A stretch of DNA of 64,000 bases from a virus, in IMG/VR virus record IMGVR_UViG_3300021088_000005, positions 1-64,000 of that record; one strand, given 5' to 3'. The stretch's first letter is position 1. Each line of letters begins with the position of its first letter. This document shows, in pieces, positions 18,957 through 29,144 of this stretch. The position numbers and the translations under genes were made by a program. Under the pieces are notes generated by a model. It was not told where the DNA came from. It did not search any database and was given only the letters and a program-made list of their open reading frames with translations.

Positions 18957-20297
18957 TTATCTGAATCCGACTAGTAAAGGTCCCGCCGACCCGCAACATC
19001 GATGGTCGTGCCCACGATGTAGGAAATATATTGTAGCGTTCACCGCTGGCGGCTTAGCAGTGCTGTCGGATGAACACATGGATCAGCACCGCCGCGAAGA
19101 CAAGGAACGCGGCAATATGACCATGGCGATGGCTGTGTTCCGCCCGAAGAATTATGACGTGTTGTCATTAACCCCGGAAGATTATGGTTTTTTAAAGACA
19201 CGTGGCATTAAGTTAGATGATAAAATCGAAGTAGATTTAACGTCAGAGAGAAGCCCGTCGGATGGCGAACTAGACCAGGCACGATGGGCTGACATATTGA
19301 GGCGAGCATGGAGAATCAAGTAAACGATAAAGAGATGGATATAGCTTACGCTGGATCATTCTTGCAGGAGTGGGCTCGCGGCGAGAAAGAGACTGTCAAG
19401 TTACAGTTAGCGGATAATGTTGAAACCTTGGTCAACGGGGTTACCTACTACCGAGAAAAGTATTTCACGGCTAAGGAAGACTACCAGACTCTTCTAGACA
19501 AGTACAACCAATTGACCGCGCTAAGCGCCGGGTACTTGAACCTAATGAACCAACAGAAGCAGCAGATCGATCAATTCTTAATTGAAGGGCAGAGAGACCT
19601 ACACCATGGCGAAGAGTAAGCGGAATGAAAAGCGTACGCGATTCACACTAGTGTCCGACAATAGCGGCCACTATTACAGCCTTCCGGTAGACGAGGAAAC
19701 AGACTTTTACGAATGGCTTGACGATGAAGAGCGATCAACATATACCGAGTCTAGCAAGTACGATCACTATCGAATAGAAGTATCAAGGTTGACTTTCACC
19801 GATCCTAAATGCGAATAGTATGGAACGACCAAGAATCGTGGTTTCAAGCCGAGCTAGGACTGAATGAGTTCTGGCGAGACGATATGGAACTAGTACGTTC
19901 GCTTGGCTTCAAGACAACTGGTCCGCCTACGTGGCAGTGGCACACCTCAAAGATTAGTCTCCTAGATAAGCTACGCAGTCAGCAGCCGAAGTCCGGGCTG
20001 TCGATTACTGAATTAGCCCTGCAAAAGTATCAATTCCTGAAACAACAATCCGATCAGAAGAAACAGCTTAAAAAGCAGTTTACCAAGGCTGCGGAAGAAC
20101 TGCGTCCGTCCAACTGGAAAGAGTACATCGATCCGGAAACAGGCATTGTGTGCAAGGAAGTTCCGCCTGCGGACGAGCCTTTCACATGGAAGTACATTCC
20201 GCCTGAGCCTCCTTCCGCCTGGTGTTTCATTTGCGGAGACGCCGTTTATGACTATGAGGGAACAGATTGTTGTTTGTGGTGCTCGAAAGTTTCTTAA
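18943..20297 (+). CDS. Four coupled hypothetical genes (18943-19323, 19308-19619, 19606-19818, 19809-20297)
   Basis: Overlapping start/stop codons on the same strand; Cys motifs in first and last. Confidence 0.55.
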
Positions 20298-20305
20298 AAT
20301 AATGC

Positions 20306-20334
20306 TTGACAAATAAACCGAAGTATGAGATACT
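20306..20334 (+). promoter_or_regulatory. Sigma70-type promoter upstream of a non-coding region
   Basis: TTGACA-17-GATACT; upstream context AAAATA.TGCTTGACAAATAAAC shared with the 22977 promoter. Confidence 0.7.
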
Positions 20335-20341
20335 ATGTTCA

Positions 20342-20407
20342 CGGTGAGAGGAAGGGAAACGGCACTGAGACATGCCGTCGGCGTGCATACGCCGGGAGCC
20401 CTCACCG
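20342..20407 (+). ncRNA. Structured RNA of unknown family (three-way junction)
   Basis: CGGTGAG/CTCACCG closing stem enclosing hairpins ACGGCA/TGCCGT and CGGCGT/ACGCCG. Confidence 0.5.
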
Positions 20408-20480
20408 AAAATCTTAAGCACTCGGCTCGCTTGTAACCGAGCACAGACAAGTCTGATAGACTTTAGTCATGTCGAGTGAG

Positions 20481-20570
20481 GCCCGTCAGCTAAGCTAACG
20501 GTCGCTCCGTTAGGGGACAAGCACTCAGCCTTGAACTGAGGAATGTGGGTTCGAATCCCACCGGGCACAA
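20481..20570 (+). tRNA. Atypical tRNA-Gln(UUG)-like element
   Basis: T arm GTGGG-TTCGAAT-CCCAC; anticodon arm CTCAG-CCTTGAA-CTGAG; only a 5-bp acceptor GCCCG/CGGGC; extra hairpin in the D loop; C33. Confidence 0.55.
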
Positions 20571-20586
20571 TTTTATAGGAGATAAA

Positions 20587-21630
20587 ATGGCTGCTAAGCT
20601 GAACACAAAGGACCACCGACAGAGAAAGAACCCGAAGTCTGCTGAGGCGTATCAGAAGGAACGCCGGGAGCGGAACGAATCACGACCGAAGCAAGTATGG
20701 GATGGTGATAAATGGGTCCGCACAACTGTCGAGAACTAGGGGCTCGCGGAGAGTTCATCTATTTGTGCTCCAGGTGCGGTGGGTGCTACCGATGCCAGCA
20801 CAAGCTGATCTGGCTAGACGAAGCTGAGAAATATATGTGGAAGTGCAAAGATCGAAAATTACGTCCGGTAATTAACGACGGAAAGTTGAAACATGAGTCA
20901 CAGTAAGTTAGTGCCGAATCCACATATTCCGCCTACCCGACGGGTTGAGGATTGTATTTGTGGCGGGATGACCTCTAGCACCGGGTGGCGACGTATGATT
21001 GTGTGCCCTGCATGTGACGGAGTTGTATCGTTCCACACCGAACCATGTGACTGCGGGGACGTATTTTGGGATGGACCAATAGGAGAGCACCAATGAGGAT
21101 TCCTGTGTGGATGAAAGTTATCGGAATGTATTTCGCGCTAATGGCTGGCGTAGCAGTTACATTTTTCTTCTTTGAAATTCTGTTTATTTACGCGGATAAA
21201 TTCGACCACTGGTTGAGGTGAGCATGAAAAATTTCACAGTTAAACTTATAGCAGAAGGAAATCCGGGCTCCGGTAAGACTACTGTACTGGAGATAGCACG
21301 CGAAGCGCTTCGCAAAGCAGGTTACGGAGTCACAGAGATTAAAAGATTCGGAGACGAATGGGTCATAGAAGTCATGGAAGTAACTACCGCGATTGAGAAA
21401 ACGGAGGTCATATGGCTGAACAACCAAAAACAGAAGTCAAAAAAGAACTAACCCCAGATCAGTTGGCGTATCGGCAGGCTCATAAGATGTCGAATCGCCA
21501 GATGTCCCGCCGATTGAAGCGGATCGCACGCACAACTCCGCACAACATGGACGCGGTCTGGGCGATTGTGCTGTCCCAGGTCGTGGACAATACCAAGCCT
21601 CTCGGCAGAATGGAGCCGTTTCTAAGATGA
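20587..21630 (+). CDS. Cluster of small hypothetical genes (20587-20739, 20893-21096, 21224-21451 mini P-loop protein, 21412-21630)
   Basis: SD-led short ORFs; GNPGSGKTT in 21224-21451. Confidence 0.5.
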
Positions 21631-21656
21631 CGTTCGATCAGGCGCAAGAAATAATC

Positions 21657-21685
21657 TTGACACTCCACCGGATTGGTGGTATAAT
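21657..21685 (+). promoter_or_regulatory. Consensus sigma70 promoter
   Basis: TTGACA-17-TATAAT with TG extension. Confidence 0.88.
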
Positions 21686-21733
21686 AGCTGCGTTGCTGGT
21701 TTTTAAGTTTCTTCGCTGGCTTTTGGAGGGCAA

Positions 21734-22624
21734 ATGACATTCAAACCGATGCTCGCGGCTGGAATCACCGATATGTCGAAGCTGAAGTACCCTCTGTACG
21801 CTTCGATCAAGTACGACGGAATCCGTGCGACTATGCAGGGCGGCAAGCTGCTGAGCCGTACTCTGAAGCCGATTCCCAACGAGAACGTGCAGAAGATGTT
21901 CGCGCACCTGCCTGAAGGCTTCGACGGAGAGTTGATGTTCGGAGACCCGGCTGCGAAAGATGTGTTCCAATTGACCACTTCGGTGGTAATGTCCCACACG
22001 AAGCAGGCTGCGGGGATTAAGTTTTATGCGTTCGATCAATACGACACAGGACTATTCAAAGAGCGTACCGGAAATACGTACACTCAAGTTTTCGATATGG
22101 ATGACGAAAATGTCGAATATGTTGACCACCATTTGATTCGTGACGAAAAAGAGCTACTCCAGTATGAAGAGACAGTACTAAGCGCAGGGTACGAGGGTCT
22201 GATTCTTCGTTCAGTGGACGGACCGTACAAAGAGGGCCGCTCAACCGAGAAGCAGGGCTGGCTATTAAAGCTTAAGCGATTCGAGGATGCTGAGGCTAAG
22301 ATTGTAGACTTCGTGGAAGAGCAGGAGAATACGAACGAAGCCAAGACAAACCTGCTAGGGCGCACCGAGCGCAGCACCAAGAAAGAAGGCATGGTCGGCA
22401 AGGGAACCTTGGGCAAGTTCGAGGTGATCGGCATCAACGGCAAGTACAAAGATGTCGAGTTCTCTGTCGGTGGCGGGCTGACTGCTGAGCAGCGGGATTC
22501 GTTCTGGAAGAAACGCAAATCACTCGTAGGCAAGATCATCAAGTACAAGTTCTTCCCGGTCGGCTGCGTAGACAAACCACGGTTCCCGGTGTTCCTGGGG
22601 TTCCGAGACAAGAAGGATATGTGA
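21734..22624 (+). CDS. lig: ATP-dependent DNA ligase
   Basis: KPMLA, SIKYDGIR (KxDGxR), FDGEL, EGLILR, LLKLK, PRFPVF. Confidence 0.92.
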   Translation: MTFKPMLAAGITDMSKLKYPLYASIKYDGIRATMQGGKLLSRTLKPIPNENVQKMFAHLPEGFDGELMFGDPAAKDVFQLTTSVVMSHTKQAAGIKFYAFDQYDTGLFKERTGNTYTQVFDMDDENVEYVDHHLIRDEKELLQYEETVLSAGYEGLILRSVDGPYKEGRSTEKQGWLLKLKRFEDAEAKIVDFVEEQENTNEAKTNLLGRTERSTKKEGMVGKGTLGKFEVIGINGKYKDVEFSVGGGLTAEQRDSFWKKRKSLVGKIIKYKFFPVGCVDKPRFPVFLGFRDKKDM

Positions 22625-22976
22625 AATTCTTAAAGAAACTATTCGGATGCAAATGCGGTGACCACGTTGCGGCTCCAGCGGAGTCGAATACATACTGTCC
22701 GCTTCCGCGCTACGGTGCAAAATGACCAAACTTTATCAGAAGGTCTACCAATTGAAAACAGGCGCGGAGCACGCCATGGACGTGGCGCTAAACGCCGGAC
22801 AGCGGGACGCTGCGGAGAAGTGGGACATACAGGCTAACGCCTACACCAAGGTGCTGTCGTTGCTCGGAGACCCGGAGATCACACCGACAAAGTGGCAGCG
22901 ATTGCTTTGCCGGATATTCCATCAACGCCATAGCCTGAACTGTCCGAACTGCGGCGGAACATACTGAAAATAGTGC

Positions 22977-23005
22977 TTGACAAATAAACAGTTTTCTGGT
23001 AGAAT
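22977..23005 (+). promoter_or_regulatory. Sigma70-type promoter
   Basis: TTGACA-17-TAGAAT with TG extension. Confidence 0.8.
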
Positions 23006-23021
23006 CTATTTCTACAATGCA

Positions 23022-23073
23022 GACGAAGGCGGACGGACCGGATCAAACCTAGCCTGTCCAACCCGCCTTCGTC
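23022..23073 (+). other. Long leader hairpin
   Basis: GACGAAGGCGG/CCGCCTTCGTC 11-bp stem plus inner GGAC/GTCC, between promoter and RBS of 23090. Confidence 0.6.
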
Positions 23074-23089
23074 AGAAAGAGAGGATAAA

Positions 23090-24274
23090 ATGGATAAGCT
23101 ACTTAAAGCATTCGGAGTTTTCTTTGTGGCAATTATTCTCGGATTTTTGCTTAATTATCCGACTATGTTGATTGTCAACTACTTGTTCGCTCCGACGTTC
23201 CTGCTGCATGTGTTCGGGGTTGCGAAATTGACGTTCTGGCGCACATACCTGCTTAGCGTTCTGGCAGTCTGGAAGTTTGGGGCCAAGTAATGCTATTTTG
23301 TGAAGATTGTCGGATTAACAAAGGCTGGCCGGACTCCTTAGTCTGGCCTAGAACCAAGTGTGAAGTTTGCGGAGCAACCGGGGAGTGCTATGATGTTCCT
23401 GCGGTCATGCTGATACCGGAAGATAAGCTTAGTCTAGAGCAAAAGGGGATTCGCAGGATGTTGCTCGCGGGGTTTCAGGATAAGGCGGAACAAATGGTTA
23501 TCACCTACCTGGACGGTAGGGTTGACAATCGAATGACAGACTTATTGAAACAGGTATTCATCAAGAGAAACAACGAAATAGACTGGTACGCGACGTTCGC
23601 GGCTCGACTGAAGGTGCAGGACGGCCATCGGGAGTCACAACGCGCTCGAAGAGATAGGAGAAAACATGAATTATAAAATCGGAGACAAGGTTGAAGTCAA
23701 GTACGGCTATTCGTGGAACGGCACCGGAGAGATCGTTCGGGTTCGTCCGGAAGGTTTCTTAGGCGCAACTTACATTGTCCGTTACGATAATTCGGAGAGA
23801 GAAGGCGGATTCCTTGCTAAACATTCGGCTCTGGTTGCTCCAACTCTCGGCGGATTCAAAGTCGGGGACAAGGCGTTCGCGCCGGGTCGTCGCTTCTATG
23901 AGAATCCATGCACAGTCACAAAGATCAACAAGGAATTTGTTTACTTGACAACTGACGCTGCCCCAATCGTAACTGGCGGGTTCTATCCGTACAATGTCAA
24001 GCTGATCGCTCCGGCGAAAACAGTCACTACAAAGTCGAGAGCGTACACAGTCGCCAAGACTATGGCTATCAATCTCGCGAAGCGCAACGGGACAGTCAAC
24101 GCTGACCAGGTTCAGCAAGAGATCGCAGCACTCGGCTACAAGTCTACCGATTTGGGCAACGCAGCCGGGGTGTTGTTCCGTGGCAAGAATTGGGAGAAAG
24201 TCGGCACCGTGAAGAGTGCTCGCAAGGGTAACCACTTCCGGACGATTGTCAACTGGAAGTACATCGGAGCGTAA
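23090..24274 (+). CDS. Membrane protein (23090-23290), Zn-finger protein (23290-23676), tandem SH3/KOW-like repeat protein (23666-24274)
   Basis: Hydrophobic helices; CEDC..CEVC; YKIGDKV and FKVGDKA repeats. Confidence 0.55.
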
Positions 24275-24541
24275 ATGAAAACCTTAACATGGGCATCTGC
24301 GATTTTGCTAGCGGGTGCCCTTATCTACGGGTGCGCATCGGACGGAGTACAAACCGTTCAAACAAATAATCATGATATTCATGTGACATTTCTGTTTGAG
24401 CATGACGGTTGCAAGGTGTATCGCTTCATGGACGCTGGAAACTATATCTATTACGCCAACTGCGGGCTGTCTTCGGACACCGCATGGAACCACATGGTGG
24501 GAAGGGTTAATCGGCATGAGCAAGTCCCAACAAACCAGTGA
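24275..24541 (+). CDS. Small lipoprotein (DUF4884-like)
   Basis: Lipobox LIYGC; LFEHDGCKVYRF. Confidence 0.6.
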   Translation: MKTLTWASAILLAGALIYGCASDGVQTVQTNNHDIHVTFLFEHDGCKVYRFMDAGNYIYYANCGLSSDTAWNHMVGRVNRHEQVPTNQ

Positions 24542-24956
24542 AGAAACACGAATCTATGTTGCGGTCGCAGCAACCATTCAGGTCCCGGTGGTCGCCAACA
24601 GCCACAAGCCACCACTGCGTACGGTTGTCCAGCCCGCAGGTCGGCAGATCGCCCAGGCATGCCATGTGGTAAGCAAGCTTCGTCATGACCAGAAGCTTCC
24701 TAACGAAGGTATGTTTGTTCTAGCGTCCGACAACAAATTTCAAGCAGTTACGACAATCATTCTACAGGCTCGGGATTCCGCAGAGTTAAGCCACATCTGG
24801 TCTCTTGCGTTTCACAGGCGGCTGAATCCTATCATATTTTCGGACGACAATCCCGAATATGGTCCTGGTAGTTGGCCTACTGCGGTAGCGATGTTCGCGA
24901 CCCCTAAACAGACCAAAAGAATTTTAGACTATCTACCGTTGTGGAGCGGAAAATGA
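24516..24956 (+). CDS. Peptidyl-tRNA hydrolase type 2-like protein
   Basis: IYVAV...GRQIAQACH...IILQARD..EL...D...TAVA...LPLW matches the PTH2 layout. Confidence 0.65.
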   Translation: MSKSQQTSEETRIYVAVAATIQVPVVANSHKPPLRTVVQPAGRQIAQACHVVSKLRHDQKLPNEGMFVLASDNKFQAVTTIILQARDSAELSHIWSLAFHRRLNPIIFSDDNPEYGPGSWPTAVAMFATPKQTKRILDYLPLWSGK

Positions 24957-25098
24957 AACGCAAACCAAGCACTTGGGGAGTTATCAATTTGTGCTGCTCT
25001 ATATTCAATTTCGGGGAGTACATCATAGAGCAGAGAACACTTCCATTAGTTCTCGCGGTAATATGTTTGACTCTCGCGGTTGTTTATTGGAACGATTG

Positions 25099-25497
25099 AT
25101 GAAGATTTTACTACTGATCGCCGCGCTAGTCCTGCTCGCTCCCGGCATTAGCTCGGGAACTCCGGACCCACTGGACGCGTGGTACCGTGGGTATAACGAA
25201 GTTTATTTTAATAACGAACTGCCGAATGTCCTTATCGACCACAGTTTGACCGATGATAGGTTCATGGCACTGACAAGTTTTTCGAACGGATTTTATCATA
25301 TTCAGTTTAACCCGAAGTTCGGATACCATCCGAATCCTAAGGGAACTAGTATCACCGAGCTAAGGAATCTACTTCACGAATCGTGTCATGTAGAAATCTT
25401 TATTCAGAACGCGGAGCAGTTTGACGATCACGGTTCGCACTGGCAATCATGCATGTATCGGTTAGCGAAACTGAAAGCATTTGAAAACTTGTGGTAG
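25099..25497 (+). CDS. Secreted SprT-like zinc metalloprotease
   Basis: Signal peptide; YNEVYFNNELP; LLHESCH; HGSHWQ. Confidence 0.7.
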   Translation: MKILLLIAALVLLAPGISSGTPDPLDAWYRGYNEVYFNNELPNVLIDHSLTDDRFMALTSFSNGFYHIQFNPKFGYHPNPKGTSITELRNLLHESCHVEIFIQNAEQFDDHGSHWQSCMYRLAKLKAFENLW

Positions 25498-25505
25498 GAG
25501 GCGAC

Positions 25506-26937
25506 ATGGAATTGACGAAGGAACAAATTAAGAATATGCAGGAAGGGTTGAGTAATCCCGTTCCCTGGGACTCCTATGTTTACGCAACTGCGGTTTCAAA
25601 TCTTCTCGACACCATCGCCGCAAGGGACGCCGAGATAGCCGCCCTGCGCGGGAGGATGGAGGCGCTGGTCAATCGCTTGCAACATGACTATGAGAAAGTT
25701 CCGGTCAACGGCGTGTGGACGGTGAAATGCAAACTCGATTGCCGAAAATGTGCGTTTCTCGCCGCCCTGGACGCTCCACTCGAAACGGGCAAGCCAACTG
25801 ATGAAGAATTGTCAAAAGGGACCTTTTCTTGCCCAGTTTGCGGAGTGGGTACTCCTCACTCCGTCGATGCCCACCCAAGTTATAATATGTTGCCTGAAGT
25901 GGTCTATGGGGTTCCTTCGTACGACAAAACATTTCTCGTATGGACTGGCACCGAAAAACACAAAGCAATATCATTGGCCGACTTTAGTCGGAATGTAATT
26001 GAATACCGGAGAGTGAACCCCGTTAGGGAGAGTATAGAACGCATCGCTAGGCAGGCAGAAGAACTAGGTGAATATGACAAGTTCGTTCCGCCAGCCGGGA
26101 AAGGAGATTCAAATGGATAGCGCGAAGGAGTCGGCCAAGATTCGATTGGAAGAGGCGGAATGGTGGGCAGATAGAATTGGAACGGTGACTACGGCTGAAC
26201 AAAAACGTCTCGCTGCCTGTCGTGCGGCAGCCGAAGCGGGCAAGCCTGCCGGGAGCGAGAAACCAAAACATGATCCTAACTGTAGACGTTGCTTCGGCAC
26301 AGGCTTTCGAGGAGCTTCAATAGACATGGGGATGTTAGAGTGTGACTGTCAACCGCCAGCCGGGAAAGGAGATTCAAAGTGAGTCAACTCACAAAGGTTT
26401 TTGTTGTTCTAAATCAACACGACTCCTTGCTAGGAGTTTATTCTACTGAATCAGAAGCAAGAATGAAGGCGGAGGTTTTCACAAACGCTAACCGTGAACA
26501 TGGTGATATTAATTCTGCCCATCGGGTTGTGGAATACATAAGTGCAAGTCAGAACAAGGTGGCCGGGAAAGGAGATTCAAATGGGGATAGGTGATTGCTA
26601 TTCTGAAAAGGATGAGCGTGAAGCTCGTAATCTAGCGCGTGACCGAGGGCAGACTCCACGAGGCGAGATTCAAATGGATAGCGCGAGGGAGTTTGCGGGT
26701 AAATTGCTTGCTGAGGTTTCTGTTGACAAGACGGGAATGAGGGGATTTAGAACCGCTGGAATTGATATGATCCTTGCTCGTGACGCCGAACTCTGGCGCA
26801 CGGCACAGGAGCAGGCGCTAGAGAAGGCAAAAGAGGCCTACACCGCAGGTTATGCAGACGGCGAAGAAGGTTACGCTTTCGATCTCAGCCGCGCACTCCC
26901 GCTTGATCCTCTGCCTAACGGAGACAATCATGAGTAA
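25506..26937 (+). CDS. Array of small genes (25506-26120, 26113-26382, 26379-26594, 26581-26937) joined at repeats
   Basis: Three ORFs end in (PP)AGKGDS; two units start MDSA(K/R)E. Confidence 0.65.
26088..26686 (+). repeat. Four dispersed direct repeats with core GCCGGGAAAGGAGATTCAAATGG (RBS plus start codon)
   Basis: 26088-26125; 26353-26378 (26 nt identical); 26562-26584 (23 nt); 26665-26686 (22 nt). Confidence 0.92.
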
Positions 26938-27343
26938 CCACAAACTAATCAGTTGGATTAAGAGCGCAGTCCGAATACTAGGCTGCGGAATCGGCATGAT
27001 TCATTACGCGGCATACGCGCCGAATGTCCGAGTGTGGGTTCCCGGCACAGTCCGTGTGGCATTCCTGGTGCTGCTGATAGCCGAGATTGTAGGAATCATT
27101 GAAGAGGTGTTCGAATGATGTTCGATCCCGAATCGTTGATGTTCTCGCTTCCGTGGGACGAGATCGAAGCTGCGTTTGTTCATGCAGCAAATCAAGCCGG
27201 ATACTACGGTGCGGACGTATACAAGTTTTCGTGGGACTTAGGTACGTACAAACCTTCTCCGGAAATGCAGATGATATTTGACACAGCAAATGAACTAGCA
27301 TATAATGCCGGACGAAGTATAGCGAAACTATACGAGGAAGCCA

Positions 27344-27754
27344 ATGAAGAAAACCTTAATTAGAATCCCTACAAATGAGCGTTGCCTGATAGTTGAAGAC
27401 TCCGAAGCCCGCAACGACTGGTTCAGGGAGAAGTTGCCCGAATCTATTATTTGCACGAATCCGCATGAGGCTACGGTCGAGCTAGTAGCTGCGGACCAAT
27501 ACGGCTATAGGTTTGGTATTGTGTTCCTAGACCATGACTGTGTACCGCGTTTTGTTGAGCACGAAGAGCCTGAATACCGGAAACTTACCTTTTGGGCGGT
27601 TGCCGAGTATTTGGCGGTCAAAAAGTTCGCCGGGATAGTTGTTATTCACAGTGGCAACCCGGTCGGAGCAAAGCGGATGGCGGACTTGCTCGAATCAGCG
27701 GGGGTCCTGGTTAGTATTATTCCGTTCGGAATGTTTGATATAGCGGAGGCATAA
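27344..27754 (+). CDS. Cyclic-phosphate-processing receiver-like domain protein
   Basis: LIVED...VFLDHD...IHSGNPVGAKRM. Confidence 0.7.
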   Translation: MKKTLIRIPTNERCLIVEDSEARNDWFREKLPESIICTNPHEATVELVAADQYGYRFGIVFLDHDCVPRFVEHEEPEYRKLTFWAVAEYLAVKKFAGIVVIHSGNPVGAKRMADLLESAGVLVSIIPFGMFDIAEA

Positions 27755-28095
27755 TGAAGACAATCATCGATTTCTTGCTCGGGCTGTGGAGTCTAATCAA
27801 GATGCGGTACAGCAAGTGAAGGATTGCCGTAAGCCGCCGATTTACTGCGGGCCACACGGTCATCGCGTCATTATATTTCTAAACGAGATAGGATTTTGCC
27901 GGAAGTGCGCGGACGAGTTAACAGAGTATCTCAAAAGGAAGCAAAATATTCGGAGCATTCAGAGGAGCGAAAATGACTAAATTACAGCTTAGAATTTTGT
28001 CGTTAGTGATACTTGTTTCAATGGGTTGGACGATTCCGTCGGCCTGGGAAAAGTACGGGCAGATAGTAGATTTTGTTAGCTCACAAAAATAGTGC

Positions 28096-28124
28096 TTGAC
28101 AAATTTGTGTGTTTATGTGATACT
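28096..28124 (+). promoter_or_regulatory. Promoter of the integrase, possibly giving a leaderless mRNA
   Basis: TTGACA-17-GATACT; ATG begins 7 nt after the -10; no SD. Confidence 0.6.
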
Positions 28125-28130
28125 TATACT

Positions 28131-29144
28131 ATGTTAGACAAAAACGGAAACGAGATTCGACGCGGCGACACAATTCGGAAAGCATACGAGACTGGTGTGG
28201 CTTCCGGACGCGGAGCCACGAAAATCAAAGCTAAGACAGTGACCTTCGCGGATCAGGCCGAGAAGTTCCTAGCCGATGGCGCAACCAGGAAGCGCAACCC
28301 GCTTCGTCCGGCGTCTCTTCGGACCTATCGGACGGTACTCAACACTTTGTTACCTCTAATAGGTAAACTTTCTCTGGAAACTGTTGGTAACAAAGTAGTT
28401 AAGGATGTTGTAACAAAACTATCCGACGAAGGGTACTCAGCGCGGTCAATCGCCCTTAATGTCGTTCTTATCAAGAAGATACGACGATCTGCCATCTCTG
28501 AAGACGGTGATCCGCTGTTCCCGTACGAGTGGAATACCGATGTTATCGATGCGCCGTCTACGGATGGTGATAAACAGCCCACGGTTAGCGCACAGCAGGT
28601 CCAGGACGCGATATCTAAGGCAGATACGTCCCGGAAGGCTCTGTACGCTCTATTGGCGTCCACGGGGCTCAGGATCGCGGAAGCGCTGGCAATTAAAGCA
28701 GGTCCGGACGACGGAGTAAGCACTATTTGGCTTCCGTTCGAGTCTAAGATCATAGTCCGGCAGCAGATGACCCGTACCGGGCTTGGGCCTACCAAGACCA
28801 AGGCGGGAGTCCGGGAAGTTGACTTGGCTCCGGAATTGAACGAATATCTATCCAAGATTGTAAACTCGGATACCGCGCTGTACCCGGTGTTCATGGAATC
28901 GGAAAGCAACTATCGTGGTTTGCTTAAGAAGGACGGCATCGCCGGAGGCTTTCATGCGTTCCGGCGCTTCCGGATCACCCATCTTCGGCTTAGCGGGGTT
29001 CCGGATGCGTTAATAAAGTTCTGGGTCGGGCACGCGGCTGGCAATGTCACCGAGCACTATACACAGGTGGCCGGGGAGATCGAGTCCCGGAAGTCATGGG
29101 CGGCTAAGGCAGGAATCGGATTCAAGCTACCGGAGGCCGAATGA
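28131..29144 (+). CDS. int: Tyrosine recombinase/integrase
   Basis: TGLRIAE, TKT, FHAFRR, VGHA, EHY catalytic set intact. Confidence 0.9.
   Translation: MLDKNGNEIRRGDTIRKAYETGVASGRGATKIKAKTVTFADQAEKFLADGATRKRNPLRPASLRTYRTVLNTLLPLIGKLSLETVGNKVVKDVVTKLSDEGYSARSIALNVVLIKKIRRSAISEDGDPLFPYEWNTDVIDAPSTDGDKQPTVSAQQVQDAISKADTSRKALYALLASTGLRIAEALAIKAGPDDGVSTIWLPFESKIIVRQQMTRTGLGPTKTKAGVREVDLAPELNEYLSKIVNSDTALYPVFMESESNYRGLLKKDGIAGGFHAFRRFRITHLRLSGVPDALIKFWVGHAAGNVTEHYTQVAGEIESRKSWAAKAGIGFKLPEAE

Noticed and set aside
23006-23024. Cas12a repeat-like TATTTCTACAATGCAGAC
   Set aside because: Single copy with a mismatched stem at a promoter start; likely chance.
25046-25082. TCTCGCGGT short direct repeat as an operator
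   Set aside because: Explained by repeated LAV codons in a small membrane ORF just upstream of the SprT-like gene.
26088-26686. CRISPR array
   Set aside because: Intervals are ~80-240 nt, unequal and protein-coding; the repeat is an RBS/start with no palindrome; no cas operon.
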